Origin: Mobula hypostoma
Taxonomy: Eukaryota
Direction: 5' to 3'
Length of the DNA: 64,000 nucleotides
Assembly (NCBI RefSeq): GCF_963921235.1
Contig: NC_086107.1
Span: 112,656,001-112,720,000 of the forward strand
Shown: one piece after another, positions 27,201 through 37,569 of the stretch
Layout of the letters: every line of letters begins with the position of its first letter
Numbering within the stretch: the stretch's first letter is position 1
Notes under the pieces: model-generated
What the model was told of the DNA's origin: nothing
Database searches by the model: none
The model's input: only the letters and a program-made list of their open reading frames with translations
Translations under genes and position numbers: made by a program

Positions 27201-28865
27201 CTGGCCTACATACTGACCTGCATATCACTAAGACAGCTGACACCCAAAATCCAAGGCTGACCATGACAATGGAAGGCCTCAACATACAGGCCATTCAGCC
27301 CATCACAACCATACTGACCATCAAATTTCAATCTACATAGCATGCCAATCAGTGCCAAGCCTATAATTTATAATACAGGCATAACATTTATCAATGCCAA
27401 GTCCAATATTAAGCAACCTTATGTATTTATCATCATGGTGTGTGGCTCGGTCAAGTCATTCTCAGATCTCAGCAATTTACTCCTGAGCATTTTGTCACCA
27501 TGTGAAGAGACACTGTCAGGGCACTGGTGATTGTGGTGTGTCCTCCGAATGCTTGGCCTTTATATACTTTTCAATCAGCAGATTGTACATCATTTCAGAA
27601 ACATAATTGTGACGTGGGGGAGGAAATCTTGTCGCCGATTGGCTGTGGGTCAGGAATGTTGTCCACATCAACTCATAGTAGGATAGAGATCCAAGTGGTT
27701 ACAGAAAACCACCCTTTATGAATTCTCATGCATGACGCACATTTGCTTGCATTATCACTTCCACCGATGCCCAGTCAAACTTGTTCCCTCTCGATCTCCA
27801 TGGGTAGAGACCATGGAGAGTTGGTTGTGCCACTTTACAGCCAGTTGATGTTCATGGATCCTCGTGGACAGACTGGCCAACATTTACTGCAGTCCCCACA
27901 TTGGATTTCGTAGACCACATTGGTCTTGTCCAATAGCTTGGCTCATTCTTTTGTGAAGTAGTCACCTCAATGTTGCTGCTGGCTTGTGAGTGACTGAAAT
28001 TCTATATTCTTAGAGCAGTCAGGCTGTCATCTGAGATATTTCAAAATGTATGGAAAGACAACCCATTTGGTCACTCCTTGGATGGTGCATTGTTGACCTC
28101 GCATGAAGTTCTGTGGGTATCTGTTTCCTGCAAGTACTTTAAAATAGACGTCTCTCCTCTATTCTTTAGCTCCACCATGCTGCAGCGTGTCTTTGCAAAG
28201 TTTTGATACAGCTCCTCTTGTGTGCATTTGGGCGGTTGCTGTAGCATGCTTTTTTAATTACTCTGTTCTTATGGTTTTTTCCAGATACTAAGATCCAGAG
28301 TAACAATTATTTCATTCTCCTTAGTTGTGTACAGGAAATGACATTAAACAATCTTGAAAACAAGCTTTTTTATGCCTTGGTGATTCAAGTACCAATCTAG
28401 ATACTTAATGTTAAAACCACAAGACGATCAAGTCTGTTTCACCAATTCACCCTTGCTGATTTATTATACCTCTTAACCCCATTCTCCAGACTTCTCCCAG
28501 TATCCTTTGACACTGACTAATCAAGAACCCATCAACCTATCCCAATGAGTTGGCCTCCACAGCCATCTATCACAATTTCCACAGATTTCTCACTCGCTAG
28601 CTACAGAAATTCCTCATCTCTGTTCACTCCTTTCTGGCAGTGGTTTCCAGATCCCAATGCATGCCCTGGGTGAGAAGATTCGTCCTTACACCTACTCTAC
28701 GCTCAACACTTCCATACTCTCTCAGGTGCCCCACCCTCCAACTTCAGTCTCTTGCATAACAGGGAGGAAAAGGCTTCCTCCAATGCAAATAAGTCCTTCC
28801 TGCAAGGCAGTGACCAAAACTACACTGTGCTCCAGCTGTGTCCAAACCGGTGTTTTATAGTGTGG

Positions 28866-29711
28866 TGTGACGAGAATACACATAGATAAGATGTTAGCTG
28901 TCCTGTGTGATCAGCAGTTGGTCTGCCACCTGTCTTCAAGAGAGAGATAAGGAACACAATGAAACAGCATCTGGAGATGTGTAATGAAGGGATGGGAGAG
29001 AGAGAGAGCTGTCTAGAGCGGCTCCCCCTTTGAACCCTGAACTGTTTGAAGTGATGGACAGGCGATACCCCAGCAGGGGGATAAAAAGGGACAGGTTCGC
29101 TAAGGCAGGACACACACGACACCCGAGGTAACAAAACCCTGGAAGCGGTGCGCCTCTCACGAGTCGGTGGGAAGTACCGGACAACGCACAGGGTGGAAAG
29201 GTACGATCAGCGGGAACCCAGTGTGTGTCCACCCTCGCTTGGGTGCCAGGTTCACTGCAGAGGATCGACCGCATCTGGAGGAGGGGTCACAGTCGGTGAC
29301 CTCAGGTGACATCACCAAGGACCTGCCCAAAAGCTGCTTGTGAGCAATTATCGCTGGTCTGTGAGTGGAAGCCGTTTCTGAATGATCAGTCGTTCCCGTT
29401 CTCTCTCTCTCTCCCCCACGTTGTCCATCACCATGGCAACGATTACTGCAAACTGAACTACTAAATTGGATTGAACTTTGTGTCACTTTGAAATTGGTCA
29501 TTTATCCCTAGACAACGATAGAGCTTGATGGATGCTGTTATCTTAATTATGTGCACATGTGTTTATCATTGCCAAACTGTTGCATTTATTATCCTTTCCA
29601 TTACTGTGTTGCTTGTTTCTTTAATAAAACTTTCTTAGTTCTAGTAATCCAGACTCCAACTGAGTGATCCATTTCTGCTGGTTTGGCAACCCAGTTACGG
29701 GGTACGTAACA
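28866..29711 (+). repeat. 5' LTR
   Basis: TGTGACGAG...CGTAACA, highly similar to 32953-33782; AATAAA ~29623. Confidence 0.93.
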
Positions 29712-29810
29712 TAAGTGGGGTTCTCGTTCGCGATTTTGAACGCTAAATTTGGGACGGAGTAAATTGATTGGGTTAAAATTCCCGAAAGAAAGAAAAGACA
29801 AACAGCAGAA

Positions 29811-32696
29811 ATGGAGGCTGAGGAATTTATAAAGGCGCCGACCTTGGAGGCATTAGAGGATGCCAGGAAATCGGAATTGGTAGCTGTGGCCAAACGGTTG
29901 AATCTTGCTAAGGTGAAGTCGACAATGAGGAGAGAGGAGATACACAGAGCTATCGTAGAGCACAATGTATCTAAGGGTGTGTTTCCCCAAGGCGAGCTGG
30001 GGGTGGTGTCTATTGAAAAACCTGCTAGAGACACGGTACAGGTACAGCTTGAAAAACAGACTCGAGCATGAGTTCTGGGTACGGCAGTTAGAACACGAAG
30101 AGAAGCAGTTAGAAAGGCGGGAGAAGGAGAGAGAGTTAGAAAGGCAGGAGAAAGAGAAAGAGGTAGAAAGGCGAGAGAGAGAGACAGTTGTAGAGAGAAG
30201 AGAAAGAGAGACAGAGACAGTTGGAGAGAGAGGAGAAAGAGAGGCAATGGGAGCGAGAAGAGAGAGGGAGACAGAGGGAAAGGGAATTTGAGCTGGAGAA
30301 GTTAAAGATAAGGGCCGAGCAGAGGCTCGTGCCGAACCAAGATGGAGGGTTCCGGGCAACCCAGGAGGTTAGGCTGGTTCCCCCATTTGACGATACCGAC
30401 GTGGATCGGTACTTTCTCCACTTCGAAAAAGTGGCTATAAGTCAGGACTGGCCGAGGGATAAGTGGGTTGTCTTAATTCAGAGTGTACTGAAAGGGAAAG
30501 CCCAAGAAGCTTACTCCGCTTTGTCCGCGGAAGATGCCCAGAGGTATGAGGTGGTAAAAGAGGCCATCCTCAGGATTTATGAGTTGGTCCCGGAGGCATA
30601 CCGGCAGAGGTTCCGGAATGCGAGGAAGCAGTGGGACTGCACGTATTTGGAGTTTGCTCGTGAGATGCAAACATATTGTGAGCGTTGGTGCGCCTCAAAG
30701 GGGGTAGAGGGGGATTATGACAGACTGCTACAGCTGATCCTGATTGAGCAGTTTAAAGGTTGTGTCCCTGAGGGTCTGAGACCCTACCTCGATGAGCAAG
30801 GGGCAGCCACGTTAGCCGCACCTGCTAAGTTAGCGGATGAGTATGCGTTGACGCATAAAATGAAGTTTGCCCCGAGTAAAGGCTACCAGAAGGGTAGTCA
30901 GGACGGAGGGGAGAGTCCGCCGGAAAAGTCAGAAAGTAAGCCGGGGACGAGTGAAAAGGATAAGGTAGACCGGGAGCAGTCTGGTAGGAAGTCTCCTGGG
31001 GTCGTCTGTTATAATTGTGGGAAAGCCGGACACTTTGCGTCCAGGTGCTTTGCCCCAAAGAAGGAGACAGGAAAAGGAAAAACAGCGATTTTGAATGGCT
31101 GTATCAAGCTGTTAAGCGAACCGCTAGGGAAGGACAGGTCTGAAAAAGTCCAGGAAGGGCGCGAGAGGTTTATCTTGGCCGGATTGGTGTCAGTGAAGGA
31201 GGGGTTAAAACCAGTTCCAGTGCGGATCTGGAGAGACACGGGAGCGTGTCAGTCACCAATACTGAAGAGTGTATTAGAGTTTAGCTCAGAGACCCAGACT
31301 GGGGAGGTAGAGGTCAAAGGTGTTGGGGGAAGGGACAGAGTCAGTCCCTTTGCACCAGATACACTTACAAAGCAACCTGGTCTCTGGACTAGTCACGATC
31401 GGGGTGAAGTCTGAATTACCGATGAAAGGCGTGGAAGTCTTGCTCGGTAATGACATCGCTGGGGGAATCGTGTTCCCAGTCGTGAGATTGACAGGTCAGC
31501 CTGCCAGCATTGACGCCCCGCCCATGGACTCACAGGTTCATCATGGGGCTGCGGTAGTGAATTTAGCTGCAGTGGTAAATTTAGCTGAGACGTTTCTGCC
31601 AGTCTTGTACGAGACGGGGTTAGAAAGTGAAAAGAAGGAGTGTAGTGAGACAAGAGGCAGTGAGGGAGCTGGGACAGACGTAGCAGTAGCCAGGAAAGAA
31701 TTTGTGCAGACGCAGGAGCGAGACGAGGGGCTGATGGTTTCGGCAGAGACAGCTCTCTCTGACACAGCTTTAACAAGGGAACGAGTAGGCTATTGTGTGG
31801 AGGACGAAGTGCTAAGGAAAAAAGGGAAACCAAGTACCGTACCCGCAGATGAGGAGTGGGGGGTGTTGCAAAAGAGTTATGGGGATGAGGTTTTTAACAT
31901 GGCCCACAAGGTACCCCCTGGTGGACATTTTGCGGTGCTGGAGGAAACAGTTGGTGGAATCGTGGAAGAGATTTACCGGCTGCCCAGGGGGAAGAATGTT
32001 ATTGATCATGACCGACGCGAACTGAGACGGTCACCGGCTTTTGATATACTAACAAACCTAGTCGGTGTTAGCGTGGAAATCAATGAAGCTAGGGTCCCCC
32101 TGATAAGAGGAAAAAACCATTTTGAAAAGATTAGTATGGGATCGATCAGATGGGAGAAGGCTATTGTTTTGGCCAGGTCTACTGATAAGGTCTCTCCCTT
32201 AATCCCCGAACAAAGAGAATCTTTAGCAGAAGTAATTAAACGACTCGCACCCGTGTGCTTGATTGTCCCGAGGCGATGCAAAGAACTGGGACGTTGGGTG
32301 ATGTCTGTTATAATAGGTCAGCCTAGTAATTCAGTGACTAAAGGGCTAATGAACACAGAGGTGTGTATTAGCAATTTAATATGGCTGTCTGAAGCCAGCT
32401 TGATAGTGAACCTTGAAAAAAATAAGTGCGGCCACGTGAAGGTCACTTACCTGGGAATTGTGGTGACACAGGGGCAGCTGGCAGCGATGCAAGCTACAGT
32501 GCAGGCTATCGCTAACCTCCCAACCCCGACAACAAGAGGGCCCTCAGAAGGCTCTTGGAGATGGTGGGGTACTGTAGGAAGTTTTGCAATAACTCTGCGG
32601 TCAATACCCCTCCCCCTCCTACTAAGCCCTTGCGAGAGAAAACTGAGTCGGAATGGGATGACCCTTGTTATTGTGGTCCGGGACAAAACCAAATGA
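29811..32696 (+). pseudogene. Frameshifted gag-protease and pol remnants of the LTR element
   Basis: ORFs 29811.., 30221..31414 and 31320..32696: E/R coiled coil, SCAN-like capsid (EAYRQRFR...LIEQFK), CYNCGKAGHFASRC knuckle, IWRDTGA protease, integrase-like AHKVPPGGHF remnant then RT C-terminal remnant VTYLG; no YxDD seen. Confidence 0.8.
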
Positions 32697-32952
32697 GAGG
32701 TTACATTGATTGAAATTCATCAGTGTTTTTGGCCACTATGAAGTTTGCCGAGTTGGAGCCTGGTCTAAGGGATTATTAATAACACATATAAAAGGAACAG
32801 AAAATGTGATGACTGTCTGTCAAGGTGTTGACAACTTCAAACTCGCTGTGTTAGCCAAATAGCTGATAAAGATGTATATTTGTGCGTGTATCAAATAATG
32901 TATTCATGTTTGTAATTTTTACCTCCCGGTAAAAATCCTTAAAAGGGGGAAG

Positions 32953-33782
32953 TGTGACGAGAATACACATAGATAAGATGTTAGCTGTCCTGTGTGATCA
33001 GCAGTTGGTCTGCCACCTGTCTTCAAGAGAGAGATAAGGGACACAATGAAACAGCACCTGGAGATGTGTAGAGAGCTGTCTGGAGCGGCTCCCCCTTTGA
33101 ACCCTGAACTGTTTGAAGTGATGGACAGGCGATACCCCAGCAGGGGGATAAAAAGGGACAGGTTCACTAAGGCAGGACACACACGACACCCGAGGTAATG
33201 AGACCCTGGAAGCGGTGCGCCTCTCACGAGTCGGTGGGAAGTACCGGACAACGCACAGGGTGGAAAGGTACGATCAGCGGGAACCCGGTGTGTGTCCGCC
33301 CTTGCCTGGGTGCCGGGTTCACTGCAGAGGATCGACCGCATCTGGAGGAGGGGTCACAGTCGGTGACCTCAGGTGACATCACCAAGGACCTGCTCAAAAG
33401 CTGCTTGTGAGCAATTATCGCCGGTCTGTGAGTGGAAGCCGTTTCTGAATGATCAGTCGTTCCCGTTCTCTCTCGCCCCCCTCCACGTTGTCCATCGCCA
33501 TGGCAACGATTACTGCAAACTGAACTACTAAGTTGGACTGAACTTTGGGTCACTTTGAAATTGGTCATTTATCCCTAGACAACGATAGAGCTTGATGGAT
33601 GCTGTTATCTTAATTATGTGCACATGTGTGTTTATCATTGCCAAACTGTTGCATTTTTATTATCCTTTCCATTACTGTGTTGCTTGTTTCTTTAATAAAA
33701 CTTTCTTAGTTCTAGTAATCCAGACTCCAACTGAGTGATCCATTTCTGCTGGTTTGGCAACCCAGTTACAGGGTACGTAACA
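32953..33782 (+). repeat. 3' LTR
   Basis: Preceded by PPT; differs from the 5' LTR by scattered substitutions and a ~19-bp deletion. Confidence 0.93.
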
Positions 33783-33941
33783 GTGGAGACAAAAAATATG
33801 TAGAAGCTGGAAACTGGAGCAACAAAAAAATAAAACCTTGCAGAAACTCAAGGGTCATCTGGCAACATCTCTAGAGCAAAATGGGCAGTGAAGACCAGAT
33901 GTAAGGTCTCAACTGAAAACATGTACCGGTCATTTCAATGC

Positions 33942-33974
<33 letters not shown>

Positions 33975-34705
33975 GAGGAACTCAGCAGGCGCCTCCAACA
34001 TTTTGTATGTGCTGCTCAGATTTCCAGCATCTGCAGATTTTCTCTTGTTTGCTACTGGTCATTTTCCTCCATGGATGATGCCTGGACCAGAGTTTCTCCA
34101 GCTTTCAGAGTCTTATTTTAATATAAAACTGTACTGAAAAATTCTCTACTGTCTCTTTATTCCCCACTCTGGCATCTTGCCTCTTCTCAACTGCTAGCAA
34201 CCTCTTCCTGATGCCCCTCCCTCCCTCCCTCCCCCCAGAGTTGTACATTGCATACATACTTTTCTGCCAGTCCACTCTACTCTCCTATCAGATTCTTTCT
34301 TCTCCAGCCCTTTATCTTTCCCACCCACTTATCACCTCCTAGCCAGTCCTCCCTTACCACCACCCCACCCTTTTATTCTGGTCTCTTCCCCCCTTCCTTC
34401 TCATTGAAGAGCCTCAGCCAAACCGTCAACAATTTATGCCCTGTCATAGATGCTGCCTGACCAGCTGAGTTCCTCCAACAGAGTGTCTGTCTGTGGAATA
34501 CCAGCAACTGCAGAATTTCTTGGGTCACAGTAATTTCTTGTGGACGTGCAGCTGTGAATGAACTATTAAGAAGGCCATAAATGAAAGAATTAAATGAAAA
34601 GGGACACGAGTTTAAAAAATAAACTAAAAGCTTAGAACCTGTTGCCCAAGAGGCACGGGAAACAACACCTGGATCAGCAATTGAACTGGACTACCTAATT
34701 CTCCT

Positions 34706-34862
34706 CAAAGAACAGGAATTCTGCAGATGCTGGAAATTCAAGCAACACACATCAAAGTCACTGGTGAGTCCTGACGAAGGGTCTAGGCCTGAAACGTCGA
34801 CTGTACCTCTTCCTAGAGATGCTGCCTGGCCTGCTGCGTTCACCAGCAACTTTTATGTGTGT
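34706..34862. mobile_element. Penelope-derived partially inverted short element
   Basis: Same family as 13694-13926; 14-bp TSD TACCTAATTCTCCT (34692-34705, 34863-34876). Confidence 0.85.
34767..34802 (+). ncRNA. Minimal type I hammerhead ribozyme motif
   Basis: AGUC-CUGACGA-AGGGUCUAGGCCU-GAAA-CG-UC-GACU. Confidence 0.72.
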
Positions 34863-35271
34863 TACCTAATTCTCCTTCACGTTTGTATTTGCATAGTGTT
34901 TACTTACATAACGTACTGGAAATGATTAAACAATCTTGAACAGGCTTAAACAGAAAGCAAGCTCCATTTCAAAGACCACAGTAGGCCAAGAGGTCTTTTG
35001 CTCCTTACACTTCAGTGAGTTTAGCAATGTTAGAATTTTACATGTCGAACCCTGTCATGGAGCTCAAAGGTGTTAACCCCTCCCAGCACTGACCAACCGT
35101 GCCAAGAATTAAACATTTTACTGGAAGCCCATAAACCCCGTGACTCCTCCACCCTCAAGCCCCAACACAAAGCACCACCTTACAAAAAAAGAGTGCCTCA
35201 AAGTCACTTGCAACACCTTAAGGTGCCGAAATTAATAACAAAAGGCCGGAATAAACGGTCTGGATGCTCAC

Positions 35272-35333
35272 CTGACAATGGCATCAGCAGTTAGCCATAA
35301 TTTGCAAAGTAACAGCAGCTGAGCCCAGTTCAT
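35272..35333 (-). CDS. napsa: Napsin-A/cathepsin D-like aspartic protease, coding exon 1 (signal peptide MNWAQLLLLCKLWLTADAIVR)
   Basis: ATG at 35333, hydrophobic signal peptide ending A-D-A, GTGAG donor; 62 bp, phase 2 joins exon 2 (AG+A = Arg of IVRIPL); adjacent to CpG-rich promoter. Confidence 0.8.
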
Positions 35334-35399
35334 AGCTACTACACCTTATTTTGCAAAGCTCCACCCGGGCTCCTTCCTTCCCTCTGCACCTCCCGCCAG

Positions 35400-35660
35400 G
35401 ACACGAACCACGACCGGAGCGACTCGACTCGACTCGACTCTGCCAGATTCTACTAGCCGCCGCCCCCAGACCCCGCTCCGCAACGCCGATTGGCCCGTTC
35501 CAGCTGCCAATCATCCCGGGTCACATGACACCGCCCGTCTACCGCGGTCATGTGGCGGATCAGGCGACCGCGCTGAAGGTCGTCCCGAGCCGGGCGGTGA
35601 ATTCTGATGAGCGCAGACCGCGTCTGTCACTCTGCCGATGTGCTGACACGGCGTGTTTCC
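35400..35660 (-). promoter_or_regulatory. CpG-rich napsa promoter with GC boxes, two CCAAT boxes and CLEAR/M-box motifs
   Basis: Local CpG enrichment; GATTGG ~35488, CCAATCA ~35507, GTCACATGAC 35520-35529, GTCATGTG 35547-35554. Confidence 0.75.
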
Positions 35661-35805
35661 ACCAGTGTCCTGAAAAGCCTCTCTGGAAGGAGTTGTCTTC
35701 TTTCTAACTTCCTGGGTCACTGGTGCAGGGCGGAGGTTTAAAATGAGAAAAATATAGGCTAGGGCGTTATGGAATGCACGCAGTCTTTTATAGTGAGCTC
35801 CCGCT

Positions 35806-36490
35806 AGGAATCAGAATTATATATATATTATAAATAATATATAATAGTTATGTACCTACGACAAAAATAGAAATAAGAAAAGTAGTGAGTTAGTGTTCAT
35901 GTCCATTCCGGAAATCTGATGTCAGCGGGGAAGAAGCTATTCCTGATTGTTGAGTGTGTGCCTTCAGGCTTCTATACCTTTTTCTGATGGTAGCAATGAA
36001 AACAAGGCATGGGTGATGGGGGTTCCTTAATAATGGACGCCGCCTTTTGGAGTCATCGCTCCTTAAGATGTCCTACTGTGGAGGCTAGTGCCCATGGTGG
36101 AGCTGACTGAGTTTACCAGTCTCTGCAGTTTACTTCAATCCTGTGCAGTAGACCGCATCCCCCCCCCCAACACACACACACACACACACACAGAGTTAGA
36201 ATGCTCTCCGTGGAACATCTGTAGAAATTTGCGCGTGTCATTGGTGATAAAACAAATCTCCTTAAACTCCTAATGCAATATTGCTGCTGTCGTGCCTTCT
36301 TTGTAACTGCATCCATACGTTACGTCCAGGTTAGATCCTCAGAGATATTGACACCAAGGAACTTGAAATTGCACACTCTCTCCACTTCTTGATCCCTCTA
36401 TGAGGACTGGTGTGACTTCCGTCGACTTACACTTCCTGAAGTCCACAATCAGTTCTTTGGTCTTACTGACATTGAGTGTAAAGTTGTTAA
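35806..36490 (-). mobile_element. Rex1/L2-like LINE 3' fragment upstream of the napsa promoter
   Basis: LNVSKTKELIVDFRK, KKARQQ..., FYRCSTESILT; sister copy at ~57700-58460. Confidence 0.75.
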
Positions 36491-37569
36491 ATTTCATGAC
36501 ACATTTTGTTTCGACCAATGTGTTTAAAAGCGTCTTTGGAAGGAGCCGTCTTGCTTCTAATTCCTGGGTCACCGGTGCAGGGCAGAGGTTCAAAATGGGG
36601 AAAAAAATATACAGGCTAGAGCGTTATGATATGCACGCAGTCTTTGTTACTGGGAGTTCCCGCCCCGTTTTCAGTTGTGAGACATCGCGTGGCAAAGGTT
36701 TCAAAGATCACTAGAGATGTTCTTTTTCCCCCAGTGACCCTTCTGGTGGTGGTGGTTGTCCGAAACCCGTGCCGGAGAGAGGAAAAGCTGTTGTACTGGG
36801 GCAGTTCCGCTCTCTCGACCTCTGAAGTCCGGGTCCAGTGGTACAACTGGGGTCTTCCTTGGTTGCAATGGATGACCATGACTACTTCTGTACATCGTCA
36901 TGCTCTTGGTCGTTGTAAATTGTCCTGTGCTTAGGCTAGGGTTAAATCGGGGGGTTGCTGGGAGGCACGGCCAATCAATCAATCAATAAATAAGTTGGTC
37001 ACGTGGGTATAATTGGACAGCACGGGCTCGTTGGGCCAGAAGGGCCTGTTGCCACGCTGTATCTCTAAATAGTAAAATTAATAAAATCAGGCAGCCTGTT
37101 TAACACGTGGGTCCCCCAGCTTCTGTCTACTCTTTGTCTTCCTCGTCCGCTGGGACAACACAAAGTCCAGCACCACCAATGGTAGCTGCAGCGGCCAAAG
37201 ATTTTCTTCTGATCCTAACTTTGGGAAGAGTGCAGTGTCCGTGTCATCTGCCGAAGTGCCACACAGTGAAAGCGCACTGAAAGTGTTTGAACTAGTGATA
37301 ATATTTACTGCGGGCCGGCACAGCAGCATCGCCGCTGAACACCTACTCGCCTCCCGCTCTTGTCCTCCCTGATTTCTGTCTGTCTGTATCTTGTTTTACG
37401 GCGGTTGGCATCCAGCTTAATGGTGCATTACTGCCACCCTCTGCTCCAGAATGTGCACTAGACATATATTCTAAATCCCTTCACCCAATCACACACACAC
37501 ACACACACACAAACCTACACTTCACCCTCCCATCTTTGACCATCCTAGTATCCTATTCCTGTTTATTCG

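Larger units (their letters stand above)
28866..33782 (+). mobile_element. Gypsy (Gmr1-like) LTR retrotransposon, both LTRs present, pol internally deleted/degenerate; in napsa intron 1, antisense to the gene
   Basis: Two ~0.83-0.85 kb TG...CA LTRs, GTGG TSD (28862-28865, 33783-33786), degenerate tRNA-Pro-like PBS at ~29716, PPT AAAAGGGGGAAG 32941-32952. Confidence 0.93.

Noticed and set aside
29621..30359. Antisense ORFs in the LTR element
   Set aside because: Shadow of GA-rich gag sequence that lacks stops on the opposite strand
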